Positions 27,582-38,434 of a stretch of DNA of 64,000 nucleotides are shown one piece after another; position 1 is the first letter of the stretch; every line of letters begins with the position of its first letter. The position numbers and the translations under genes were made by a program. The stretch spans positions 26,214 to 90,213 of the forward strand of contig JBFFUI010000005.1 in assembly GCA_041571435.1 (NCBI GenBank), given 5' to 3'. The DNA comes from Sulfurimonadaceae bacterium. GTDB lineage: Bacteria > Campylobacterota > Campylobacteria > Campylobacterales > Sulfurimonadaceae. The notes beneath the pieces are model-generated. The model had not been told where the DNA came from. It made no database searches and saw nothing but the letters and a program-made list of their open reading frames with translations.

Positions 27582-27917
27582 ATGAATATTCAAATTCGAG
27601 CAAAAGACATTACTCTAAATGAGCACACGAAAGCGCATATTGATGCAGCAGTAGAGCAATTTATGAAATATGGTCTGGACATTACAACAACAAATGTTGT
27701 CCTCACTAAAGAAAAAAATGGTGTTGGTGTCGAGTTTGAGTTTCATATCGCCCACAATACACCGGTCATCATCAACCAAAGCGACAAAGATCTGGATGCT
27801 GCTATCGACGTGGCGATCGATCGTGCAAGCAAAGCACTCCGTCGTATGCATGATAAAAATGTTACACGTCGCGGTGGCTCTATCAAAGACGTAGAACTTG
27901 TTGAAGAAGAGGCATAA
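27582..27917 (+). CDS. hpf: Ribosome hibernation factor (short HPF/RaiA type)
   Basis: MNIQI...DLDAAIDVAIDRASKALRRMHDK pattern. Confidence 0.85.
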   Translation: MNIQIRAKDITLNEHTKAHIDAAVEQFMKYGLDITTTNVVLTKEKNGVGVEFEFHIAHNTPVIINQSDKDLDAAIDVAIDRASKALRRMHDKNVTRRGGSIKDVELVEEEA

Positions 27918-27937
27918 CCTTTTCGACATACCTTTTA

Positions 27938-27960
27938 GGAAGCCCCGAGAGGGTGCTTCC
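27938..27960 (+). terminator. Hairpin after hpf
   Basis: GGAAGCCCC-gaga-GGGTGCTTCC (one bulge). Confidence 0.55.
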
Positions 27961-28042
27961 GATCTCCTCTCCCATTTATGTTCTATTTTCAAAGTTATTT
28001 TATAATCTAAATCACATTACTCATTAATATCAGGAAATTATC

Positions 28043-28474
28043 ATGGATAAAATAAAAGTCGTCTGTCCCCACTGTTCAAAAGTAAATGCGATCCCTTATA
28101 AAGCCTCTTATAATCGAGCTAACTGTGGCGAATGTAAAGGCTCATTGTTGGATACAAAAACGGTTCAGCTGACAAGTGCCGATTTTGACCATCACCTTGT
28201 CAACAGTGATATTGTCGTTGTAGTGGACTTCTGGGCACCGTGGTGCGGGCCTTGCAAGATGATGGCACCCGCTTTTGAAGAGGCTGCAGCATTGTTCCCG
28301 CTCAAGGCCCGTTTTGCCAAGATCAACACAGAAGAGCAGCAGGCTCCTTCCGCCAAATTCGGTATCCGATCCATCCCGACAATGATCGCATTTAAAAACG
28401 GCAAAGAGCTTGACCGTGTTTCCGGCGCCTTAAGTGTTGACCAGATCAAACAGTGGGTCGGGCAGTTTATTTAG
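28043..28474 (+). CDS. trxC: Thioredoxin 2 (zinc-finger thioredoxin)
   Basis: CPHC...CGEC zinc finger plus WCGPC. Confidence 0.93.
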   Translation: MDKIKVVCPHCSKVNAIPYKASYNRANCGECKGSLLDTKTVQLTSADFDHHLVNSDIVVVVDFWAPWCGPCKMMAPAFEEAAALFPLKARFAKINTEEQQAPSAKFGIRSIPTMIAFKNGKELDRVSGALSVDQIKQWVGQFI

Positions 28475-28537
28475 TCCTGCCGAAAGACAAATTTTCATTT
28501 TTTGCTATAATTCCGCAATTTATTTGAGGAAGCCGTC

Positions 28538-29167
28538 ATCCGTTTTTTATTTATTATAACTGTGATCTTTTTCATTACACTGCATGCAGAGGGTGTTGAG
28601 AGCGACAACAAGCCGTTCTCGTTTCGCTTGGGCTATGGTGTCGCTGATGCTAACAACCTCGGTGATATCCTTATCGGTGACTGGAACCGTTACGATAAAG
28701 AGACTACTGTGATCAACATGGAGGGCGGTTGGCGGTTTGTCGAAAACGCCTTTGACTACCCGTTTGATTTCTATCTTAAAGGCGGAGTCTCGTACTTTGA
28801 CGAAAACGGGTATGCCGAGGACTTTTTAGAGGCGACGCTGTACATCAAGGTCTACGGTAAAGTCGATTTTTGGGACAACCGTCTCCGGATAGGCTTTGGA
28901 GAAGGTTTCTCTTATGCACAGCATGTTCCGATCGCCGAGGTAGATGATGCCGCCAATAATGATGGTACGAGTGATCCGACAACCAAATTTCTGAACTATC
29001 TGGATATCTCGTTTGACATTGATCTGGGTCGTCTGGTCCGTATCGAGAGCATAAAAGATACGTACCTCGGGTACACGTTGAAACACCGGTCCGGTGTTTT
29101 CGGTCTTTACGGAAGAGTCCATGGTGGTTCAAACTACAACATGGTGACTCTGGAAAAAAACTTTTAA
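28538..29167 (+). CDS. Outer-membrane beta-barrel protein (PagL-like HxS motif); probable ATC start
   Basis: LNYLD...KHRSG...GGSNY, terminal Phe; a full signal peptide appears only if translation starts at ATC 28538 (ORF track starts at GTG 28562). Confidence 0.7.
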   Translation: MRFLFIITVIFFITLHAEGVESDNKPFSFRLGYGVADANNLGDILIGDWNRYDKETTVINMEGGWRFVENAFDYPFDFYLKGGVSYFDENGYAEDFLEATLYIKVYGKVDFWDNRLRIGFGEGFSYAQHVPIAEVDDAANNDGTSDPTTKFLNYLDISFDIDLGRLVRIESIKDTYLGYTLKHRSGVFGLYGRVHGGSNYNMVTLEKNF

Positions 29168-29176
29168 GGATTCGCT

Positions 29177-29620
29177 ATGTATCAATGGATGTTATGGTTT
29201 CACATTATCTCGATGGTGAGTTGGTTCGCCGTCCTCTTCTACTTGCCGCGTCTTTTTGTCTACCACGCCGAAAATGCTGACAATGCAGGTTTCATCGAGG
29301 TGGTCAAGGTGATGGAGATGAAGATCTACAAGTATATCGGTGTACCGGCATTCTGGGCGACACTGCTCTCAGGGCTTATGCTGATTTACCTGGCAACGGA
29401 TCATTATGGAGTAAGCATTTTCAAGATGGGGGGCTGGTTCCACGCCAAACTTCTCTTTGTCGCGATCCTGATTGGCTACTTCTTCTCTATGGGCTATTAC
29501 CGTAAAAAACTACTGGAGGACAACCGTATAAAAAGCGGGAAGTTTTTCAGGATCTATAACGAAGGCCCGACAATTCTGTTACTGCTCATCGTTGCTATGG
29601 TGGTCGTTAGACCGTTTTAA
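29177..29620 (+). CDS. hemJ: Protoporphyrinogen IX oxidase HemJ
   Basis: HII..WFA.LFYLPRLFVYH, WFHAKL, RIYNE. Confidence 0.93.
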   Translation: MYQWMLWFHIISMVSWFAVLFYLPRLFVYHAENADNAGFIEVVKVMEMKIYKYIGVPAFWATLLSGLMLIYLATDHYGVSIFKMGGWFHAKLLFVAILIGYFFSMGYYRKKLLEDNRIKSGKFFRIYNEGPTILLLLIVAMVVVRPF

Positions 29621-29713
29621 CGAATTTTACACGTCTGCAAACCAGTTTCAGAATATTAGGTTTGCGATACCAACGATTGGTATTCGTATCAATCTTGAGG
29701 CACGATAAAATAC

Positions 29714-29731
29714 AAGATTACTTCTCACACA
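29714..29731 (+). repeat. Left copy of 18-nt imperfect direct repeat flanking the AT-rich cassette
   Basis: AAGATTACTTCTCACACA versus AAGATTATCTCTCACACA at 32466-32483 (16 of 18 identical). Confidence 0.5.
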
Positions 29732-29869
29732 TTTAATGCGTACAATTTTTAAAAACAATTTTTTGAGTATTCAATAAATAGGTTATTTATCATACCGATT
29801 TTGCTCTACAAAATGTAGTTTTTTTTTGCATAAAGCACAAGACGATATAATACTTTTTCTAATAGTAGG

Positions 29870-31285
29870 ATGAATAAAGTGTTATTTAATAGCTATGAAT
29901 TTATATTTTTATTCTTACCTTTTAGTCTATTCATATATTTCTATTTACTAGAGAAGCGTTTGATTGTAGGGGCTAAGGGGTTTATGGTTTTTATGTCAAT
30001 GTTCTTTTATTCATGGTGGAATATTGCTTACCTGCCTATCATATTGTCTTCAATGTTATTTAACTACGTTGTGGGTAACTCTTTAAATGAGAATTTTAAA
30101 AGAATTTATGTTCATAAAAAGACATTATTGGCTTTTGGAATTATCGGAAATATTATGCTGCTTGGGTATTTTAAATATTCTGATTTTATGATTGTGAACT
30201 ATAATATTCTATTCGACGAGTCAATGCCATTATTACAGTTGGCTTTGCCTTTGGCTATCAGTTTTTTTACCTTTCAACAGATCGCTTATTTGGTTGATTC
30301 ATATCGCGGAGAAACGGCTGAATATGATTTTTTGAATTATGCACTTTTTGTTACGTTTTTTCCTCAGCTTATTGCTGGACCGATTGTACATCATACTCAA
30401 ATGATGCCACAATTCGCATCGAAATGGAATCAAGTCAAGAACTATGGAAATATCGCTACAGGTCTATTTATATTTTCAATAGGTCTATTTAAAAAGGTAG
30501 TGATCGCAGATACCTTTGCGGTATGGGCTACTGATGGATTTGATTATGGACAAACGTTATATTTTACCGATGCCTGGATTACTTCTTTATCCTATACATT
30601 TCAGTTGTATTTTGATTTTAGTGGCTACATGGACATGGCAGTAGGTGCGGCATTATTGTTCAATATCAAGCTGCCTATCAACTTTAACTCACCCTATAAG
30701 GCTTTAGATATTCAGGAGTTTTGGAGACGTTGGCACATTACCTTATCACATTTTTTACGCGACTATGTCTATATTCCTTTAGGTGGAAACCGCGATGGAA
30801 ACTTTAAAACATACAATAATATTCTTGTGACCTTTATTATAGGAGGCATTTGGCATGGTGCCGGCTGGACATTTGTTTTTTGGGGTTTCCTTCACGGTAT
30901 GGCATTGGTTTTATACCATATCTGGAAGACGCTCGGTTTTACCTTACCTAATATTCTGGCTTGGTTCCTTACTTTTAACTTTATAAATGTTTCTTGGGTT
31001 TTTTTTCGCGCAGAAGAGTGGAAAGATGCCATAAAAGTATTGAAGGGGATGATAGGCGCAAATGGAGTAGATATATTGAATGTATTAAGTCTTGAAGTAA
31101 AGCAAGTAGCTATAGTCTGGATTATAATAGGGTTTATTCTGGTTCTGTTATTTCAAAATTCAAATAACTACAGAAATAAGAAGATGACAAGGGGATTGAT
31201 TGTGACAGCTTCTCTTGTGTTTTCTTACGCTGTGATACACCTTTTCGCGAATACAACAGAAGTTTTTCTATATTTTAATTTTTAG
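29870..31285 (+). CDS. MBOAT family O-acyltransferase (AlgI/PatA-like)
   Basis: LPLAISFFTFQ, FFPQLIAGPI, YFDFSGY, FWRRWHITLS, GIWHG, C-terminal FLYFNF; AT-rich. Confidence 0.95.
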   Translation: MNKVLFNSYEFIFLFLPFSLFIYFYLLEKRLIVGAKGFMVFMSMFFYSWWNIAYLPIILSSMLFNYVVGNSLNENFKRIYVHKKTLLAFGIIGNIMLLGYFKYSDFMIVNYNILFDESMPLLQLALPLAISFFTFQQIAYLVDSYRGETAEYDFLNYALFVTFFPQLIAGPIVHHTQMMPQFASKWNQVKNYGNIATGLFIFSIGLFKKVVIADTFAVWATDGFDYGQTLYFTDAWITSLSYTFQLYFDFSGYMDMAVGAALLFNIKLPINFNSPYKALDIQEFWRRWHITLSHFLRDYVYIPLGGNRDGNFKTYNNILVTFIIGGIWHGAGWTFVFWGFLHGMALVLYHIWKTLGFTLPNILAWFLTFNFINVSWVFFRAEEWKDAIKVLKGMIGANGVDILNVLSLEVKQVAIVWIIIGFILVLLFQNSNNYRNKKMTRGLIVTASLVFSYAVIHLFANTTEVFLYFNF

Positions 31286-31293
31286 GTGCGCTC

Positions 31294-32394
31294 ATGTCTC
31301 AAAAAAAACTAGTAGTCTATTTTATTTTTATTTCGATAGTCATGATTGGAATTATACCCATCGTAAATATGTCTGTACTGTATAAAAACGGTATGTTAAA
31401 TGAAAACTCTTATCGAACAGAAAAGCTGTTTAACACAGACTATATCGAAGGTATCCGGAATTACTTTTGTTTGAAAGTATGCAAGTTCTCATTCAATAAA
31501 AAAAAGGTCATTATTGGAAAAAAAGATTATCTATTTTTGGGAAATGATTATGCAAGAGTCATTGATAAGTGTCGAGGAACCTTTTATTACAAGGTGGATG
31601 AAATAGATACCTGGACAGAAAAATTAAAACAGATGCAGCAATGGTATGAAAGAAGGGGAATAAAGTTTATAATGGTTATTGCGCCAAATAAACACACCGT
31701 ATACAAAGAGTATTTGCCGGAGTGGATCAATACGGATGTAAAGACTATTACGGATGATATTGTCATGGATACTGCATCAAAAAAAATCAACTTGCTTGAT
31801 TTACGTCCAATATTGAGAAAAAAAACAAATCAAATATTGTACATGCAATCAGATACCCATTGGAATCGTTTGGGTGCATCTATAGGTTTTACAGAAACTA
31901 TTCAGTATATCAATCAGTTATATGATATAAACTATTCTTTACCTGCTTTTGAATTAAAACATAAACCTAGAAAAAGTGGAGATTTGGCAAAATTTTTAAA
32001 AATAAGAGAGCTTCTACCTGATGATTATGAAAATGAACATGAGTATGTTTTTGAAAAACTATCTAACGTGTGCCATGGAAATATAAATCGATCCACTTGG
32101 ATATTTGATACATGTAAAGTAAAACCAAACCTTGCTTTAGGAAGTCATGCTCAATATATTATTAATAAAGATTCTTTGAATAAAGACAAGCTATTGCTCC
32201 TTGCAGACTCTTTTTCAGGAGCAAACTCAAAACTTTATAATGAAACATTTGAGACTGTCTGGAAAGCGCACTATCAAAATTTACATGGACATGTATTACG
32301 TGAGTTTATTATAAAGCATAAGCCCAATATAGTCATTTATCAAATAGTAGAGAGAAATCTTTACAGTGGTGCAATTGTTGATTCACTTGAATGA
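31294..32394 (+). CDS. AlgX/AlgJ-like SGNH O-acetyltransferase
   Basis: N-terminal TM, APNK, DTHWN, GDL, LADSF, IVER; AT-rich. Confidence 0.85.
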   Translation: MSQKKLVVYFIFISIVMIGIIPIVNMSVLYKNGMLNENSYRTEKLFNTDYIEGIRNYFCLKVCKFSFNKKKVIIGKKDYLFLGNDYARVIDKCRGTFYYKVDEIDTWTEKLKQMQQWYERRGIKFIMVIAPNKHTVYKEYLPEWINTDVKTITDDIVMDTASKKINLLDLRPILRKKTNQILYMQSDTHWNRLGASIGFTETIQYINQLYDINYSLPAFELKHKPRKSGDLAKFLKIRELLPDDYENEHEYVFEKLSNVCHGNINRSTWIFDTCKVKPNLALGSHAQYIINKDSLNKDKLLLLADSFSGANSKLYNETFETVWKAHYQNLHGHVLREFIIKHKPNIVIYQIVERNLYSGAIVDSLE

Positions 32395-32465
32395 TAATAT
32401 ACAAGCAGTCGGTTATCAGCGGTCATACAATGAATGAATCTTGCCGGGTGCAGGACTGTAACTTT

Positions 32466-32483
32466 AAGATTATCTCTCACACA
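32466..32483 (+). repeat. Right copy of 18-nt imperfect direct repeat
   Basis: Matches 29714-29731 at 16 of 18 positions. Confidence 0.5.
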
Positions 32484-32555
32484 ACTCTTGTCCTATCTAA
32501 AGATAGTTAAGGGTGGCTGTTTGAAAGATAAAGCCAATACAGACTTTGAAGAGTG

Positions 32556-34097
32556 TTAGCGTTTGAGCTTGCGCTTTTCGTTTTTCGCTTTCGCTTTGAA
32601 GAGGATCGGCACACCTTCAAAGTTGAAGGCTTCACGCAGCTGATTGGTGAGATAGCGTCTGTAGGTAAAGTGCAGCCCTTTTGGTTTGTTCATGATCAGT
32701 GCGATCTGTGGCGGGCGGATGTCGTATTGTGTGGCGTAGTAGATACGGATCATCTGACCGTTCATCGACGGTAGGTGGTGTTTGCGTTGTGCCCACTCCA
32801 GAGCCTCGTTGAGCTTGGCGGTCGGGATGCGCTGTGAGAAGTTGTCGTTGATCTCGATAAGTTTGTCAAAGATCTTCTGTACACGCTGCCCGCTCTGTGC
32901 CGAGATAGTGATCAGCGGCGCATAGTGCAGGAATTTAAAGCGGTCGCGGATATCCTGGGTGATCTTGGCGTAATCCTCACCGTTGACCTTATCCCACTTG
33001 TTAAGAACGATCAGACAGGCCATTCTGTTGCTGTCGACCAGGCCTGCGATTTTTTCGTCAAGCTCTTTGAATGGTTCCGAAGCATCCAGCACAAGCAGCG
33101 CGATGTCGGCGTTTTCAAGCATTGCTTCGGTACGCATCAAAGCATACTTCTCTATACCAAGGATCTTGCCCCGCTTACGGACACCAGCCGTATCGATAAA
33201 GGTGATCTCCTTGTCTTCATATTCGATGGTCTCGTCGATAGGGTCGATCGTCGTACCGGCGACTGAACTGACAACGGAACGCTCTTCGTTGAGAAGCGCA
33301 TTGAGCAGAGAGCTCTTGCCCACATTGACACGGCCAATAATCGCAACGCGCATCTTGTTGAGAACCGATTCATCAAACTCTTTGAGATTGTCGTTGTTGC
33401 CGAAGACAGAGTCATCGATGAAGACCTCTTCCTCAGCATTAAGGATCTCCTGCTGAAGCGCGTAGTCTTCGTAAGGATCGAAGTACTCGTCATCTTCATC
33501 TTCCTCTTTAAGGCCCTGGAAGTACTCTTCGTCAGAGATCTCTTCTTCGAGCGTTTCCGGCTCTTCAACTTCTTCAACCTCTTCAACAAGAGGTGCTTCT
33601 ACCTTCTCTTTTTCCGGCAGCTGCTCTTCGATCCATTGTAAAAGGGCGTTGATGTGGCGGTTGTGCGAGACGGAAATACCGAAGATATTTTCACACCCGA
33701 ACTCATAGTACTCCCATACTTTCTCCATCATCTTGTCGTTGTCGATCTTGTTGACGACAAGGGCCATGGTCTTACCTTTTTCTTGCAGCTCATAGAAGAA
33801 ATCTTTGTCCTCTTTCTCGGGAAGGCCTTTACCGTCGACCATGTAGAGGATAATATCCGCTTCGTTGGCCGCTTTGACCGACATCTTTTTAATGGCATCG
33901 AAAAGTTCGTTACCTTCGTCTAGTCCGCCGGTGTCAAGGACTTCGACCTCTTTGTCATTGATCTGTAAAATGCGGCGCTTGATGTCACGCGTTGTTCCGG
34001 CCTGTTCTGAGGTGATGGCATCACGCTGCTTCAACAGACGGTTGAAAAATGAGCTTTTTCCGACATTCGGACGACCAATAATGGCAAGTTTTTTCAT
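32556..34097 (-). CDS. der: Ribosome biogenesis GTPase Der (EngA)
   Basis: Two G domains (GRPNVGKS, GRVNVGKS), KH-like C-terminus, long acidic linker. Confidence 0.97.
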   Translation of the reverse strand: MKKLAIIGRPNVGKSSFFNRLLKQRDAITSEQAGTTRDIKRRILQINDKEVEVLDTGGLDEGNELFDAIKKMSVKAANEADIILYMVDGKGLPEKEDKDFFYELQEKGKTMALVVNKIDNDKMMEKVWEYYEFGCENIFGISVSHNRHINALLQWIEEQLPEKEKVEAPLVEEVEEVEEPETLEEEISDEEYFQGLKEEDEDDEYFDPYEDYALQQEILNAEEEVFIDDSVFGNNDNLKEFDESVLNKMRVAIIGRVNVGKSSLLNALLNEERSVVSSVAGTTIDPIDETIEYEDKEITFIDTAGVRKRGKILGIEKYALMRTEAMLENADIALLVLDASEPFKELDEKIAGLVDSNRMACLIVLNKWDKVNGEDYAKITQDIRDRFKFLHYAPLITISAQSGQRVQKIFDKLIEINDNFSQRIPTAKLNEALEWAQRKHHLPSMNGQMIRIYYATQYDIRPPQIALIMNKPKGLHFTYRRYLTNQLREAFNFEGVPILFKAKAKNEKRKLKR

Positions 34098-34122
34098 AGA
34101 AGTTCTTTATATTTAGATGCTC

Positions 34123-34238
34123 AGAAGGTGGGTAGGCGCAAGAAAGTCGTAGTGAGAGATCACTTTGAAGTCATTGTGTAAAAACCTGTTGCTTTTACGG
34201 TGTTTTCAATAAAGGATGAAAACCTGCCTAACCTTTTC
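34123..34238. other. Imperfect palindromic (structured) intergenic element upstream of der
   Basis: Outer arms 34126-34136/34223-34234, inner arms 34165-34183/34193-34209, small hairpin 34151-34164. Confidence 0.45.
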
Positions 34239-34329
34239 CAAGGTATTGATGTTGAAATTATACCCAAATTCTAGATGATGCGTATGGGAGAAGAGCGTTC
34301 GGTAAAAGAGAAGGGAAGATAGTCTGGCT

Positions 34330-34349
34330 CCCCAGCCCTTTGGCCGGGG
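34330..34349 (-). terminator. Hairpin downstream of the LPP20 gene
   Basis: Minus strand CCCCGGCC-aaag-GGCTGGGG. Confidence 0.5.
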
Positions 34350-34357
34350 TGAAAATG

Positions 34358-34957
34358 TTATTTTGTTTCGAACTCTTTTTCAAGGTTTTCAAGTGCGTTT
34401 TGCGCCTGGAACTGTTGCCAGAGCGCATCCTGGTTTTTGAAACTTGAGATTACGTTCTCTTTTGCCGATGCATTGACACTGTTTTGTGTCACGCCTACAA
34501 GGATATAGATGTCATCGTTTTCCGGATGCTGCCAGTATGCAAGCTGTTTTGAACCGTTAAGCGTCACTTTGGCGACCTGCTTGGAGACCTGTGTTGAGAC
34601 CGTGTCCACGGTTTCGTTCTCGGCAATACCGGTAGAACGCGTGAAGCGTTCGACCTTGTCTTTTACAAGTGTTTCGATCTGCTGAGCCAGGTTGGAACGT
34701 CCGTCTGCTAGGGCATTCTTGCGTGTAAACCCTGCACCGGCTTTTGACATCTTTGCGGTACCGGTTGACGTGTACATCTCATCATAACCTTCAACAATGC
34801 CGCAGGCCCATTTAGGGGCCTCTGCTTTGTCGATGGTACATTCAGCGATAGCCACCGGTTTCTTTGCTGGTTCAGCCATCTCTTCTTTATCGCTACAACC
34901 GCTGAAGCTGACTGCCATAAGCGCGGCAAGTGTAGTTGAGATCAAGATTTTGTTCAT
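34358..34957 (-). CDS. LPP20 family lipoprotein
   Basis: Lipobox FSGC; APKW, ALADGRSNLAQQI, VSTQVSKQVA. Confidence 0.85.
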   Translation of the reverse strand: MNKILISTTLAALMAVSFSGCSDKEEMAEPAKKPVAIAECTIDKAEAPKWACGIVEGYDEMYTSTGTAKMSKAGAGFTRKNALADGRSNLAQQIETLVKDKVERFTRSTGIAENETVDTVSTQVSKQVAKVTLNGSKQLAYWQHPENDDIYILVGVTQNSVNASAKENVISSFKNQDALWQQFQAQNALENLEKEFETK

Positions 34958-35084
34958 TTTCGTATCCTTGAGTATTATGTGGGTCAATTATAGGTGAATC
35001 ACTTTAAAGGTTTCCTTTAGCAATACCATACTGACAGAGCGATTATAGGGAAGGACCATCTAGTGATCGTGAATTGTGAGCCAT

Positions 35085-36296
35085 CTATTGGACACGACTG
35101 TCCGGCATACTCTCCACATAAAGCGACTGCGACGGAAAAGCAAAAGCGGCGCCGTTTCGCTCGACAATCTCCATCAGTTCAAGGTTGATACGTTCGCGCA
35201 CCTGCATATATTCGCCCCAGTTTGTCGTCTTGGTAAAGAAGTAGCAGAAAATACCGAGGGCACTGTCCTGAAACTCTGTAAAGTGGATATAGATTGTCTG
35301 TTGGTCGACATCGTCATCGTTTTGCAGGAACTCACGCATCTCCTTCAGGATCGCTCGCATCTGTGCCGCCGTGGTGCCGTAGGTTAAACCGAGTGTCATC
35401 TTGATACGGCGTTTTTCCATCTCGGACCAGTTTAAGATAGCGCTGTTGGCGATATTGCCGTTTGGAACGCTGACCAGGGCCCTGGCAAAGGTCCTGACCC
35501 TGGTAGAACGGATGCCGATATGCTCGATAGTACCTTCGACCTCCGGGGTCTTGATCCAGTCACCTACCTTGAAAGGCTGGTCGGTAAAGATCACCATGGA
35601 GCCGAAAAAGTTGCTAGCTGTATCTTTGGCGGCCAAGGCAAAGGCCATACCGATAAGTCCCAATGAGGCGACGAAACCGGTGATGTTGATGCCCCACGTA
35701 GAGAGGATGTTCATACCGGCAAAGATCAGAATGATCGCTTTGATGATCGTCAGTAGCAGTTTGGCAAGCGTGATGCCGTTGTCGGTCTTGAAGCGTTTTG
35801 ACATCAGTTCATCCGAGCGTTGGAACAGGTTAGCTATCCGGTACAAGACCCAGGCAATAAGCGCTATTGTCAGGGTCGAGATGGTATTGGAGATCATGGC
35901 TGAGAAACTCTCACCAAAGGTTAAAAAGCTGAAGGCGACTTTGAAACCTAAAATGACAATTCCAAATGCGATAGGGCGTTGGAGCAGATAGAAGATCTGG
36001 TCGTCAAGTTCGGTGCGAGTCTTGTTAACCCAGCGAAGCCCCAGCAGCGTAATCAAACGGGTAAGCTGTTTGCGCAGTGCCAAAAAGATCAAAAAGACAA
36101 TAATTGCCGAGGTCCATGTGCCTAAAGCATTGCCGAAAACAGTGATGCTAAAAAGCTGCACGACACTCTCTGGAATCGGCAGTTTCTCAAGGATTAGTGC
36201 TTCGACGCTGTCATGCAGAGCGTGTGTCATCTTGGTGACATCGGTCACTTCGGAGATCACAGAGGTGTTGATATCGGCCGTTGTGTTTGTTTCCAT
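35085..36296 (-). CDS. MscS family mechanosensitive channel
   Basis: ALAAKDTASNFFG, PFKVGDWI, IGIRST, FAFPSQ. Confidence 0.93.
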   Translation of the reverse strand: METNTTADINTSVISEVTDVTKMTHALHDSVEALILEKLPIPESVVQLFSITVFGNALGTWTSAIIVFLIFLALRKQLTRLITLLGLRWVNKTRTELDDQIFYLLQRPIAFGIVILGFKVAFSFLTFGESFSAMISNTISTLTIALIAWVLYRIANLFQRSDELMSKRFKTDNGITLAKLLLTIIKAIILIFAGMNILSTWGINITGFVASLGLIGMAFALAAKDTASNFFGSMVIFTDQPFKVGDWIKTPEVEGTIEHIGIRSTRVRTFARALVSVPNGNIANSAILNWSEMEKRRIKMTLGLTYGTTAAQMRAILKEMREFLQNDDDVDQQTIYIHFTEFQDSALGIFCYFFTKTTNWGEYMQVRERINLELMEIVERNGAAFAFPSQSLYVESMPDSRVQ

Positions 36297-36383
36297 TCTA
36301 TCGTTCCTGATGTTTTAGAAGCAAATCATAACTTTTTTCGTTTAAAGAAGCGTTGTTCTGTATAATACTGCTATAAAAATACA

Positions 36384-36865
36384 GTGGATCATCATTTGAA
36401 TAAAAAACTTTTTTGGCTCTATATAACATCGATGTGGCTCTCTGTTCGCATCGTGCTCTTTGAAAAATATGCTTTTGTGCTGATGCTGGTTTGGTGGGTG
36501 CCATCTTTTATCCTGGCATTCGCCGTCCGTCCGTTATACAGCGGCAGTGAGTTCATTGTGTTGGGTGTCGCCTTTCTTCTGCGTAAACGTTTTTACCTCT
36601 CGATGGCAAATACCCGGGCAAGATGGATACGCAGAGGGGATTGGGTCGAGTTTGTAGAAGATGGGCATGAAGGGTATATACAGGTCTTTAAACATGGAAA
36701 AGTCCTGCGCAAGATGCGTGGTGAAGATGTGGCGTTGACGGGGCTCTTTGAAAAGGAACTTATACCGGTCTATTCGCACTTTTACCTTTTGGAGATGGAA
36801 GAGAAAAATATCATTGTCCCTTACGAGTGGATCGTCTCGATCGAACTGAAAGATGTGCCGGAGGT

Positions 36866-36869
<4 letters not shown>
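36384..36869 (+). CDS. Hypothetical membrane protein
   Basis: Three hydrophobic N-terminal segments; fills the gap between mscS and the DjlA-like gene. Confidence 0.65.
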
Positions 36870-38380
<1,511 letters not shown>

Positions 38381-38387
38381 TCATATC

Positions 38388-38407
38388 GGTTCAGCCGTAG
38401 CTGAACC
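38388..38407. terminator. Hairpin between convergent adk and the glutaredoxin-like gene
   Basis: GGTTCAGC-cgta-GCTGAACC. Confidence 0.65.
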
Positions 38408-38434
38408 AAATGCCTTCTCAATATCGAACCGCTG

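Noticed and set aside
34123-34238. 6S RNA
   Set aside because: Shorter than typical 6S RNA, and not next to purD where it lies in Helicobacter/Campylobacter; an Rfam scan is needed to exclude it fully
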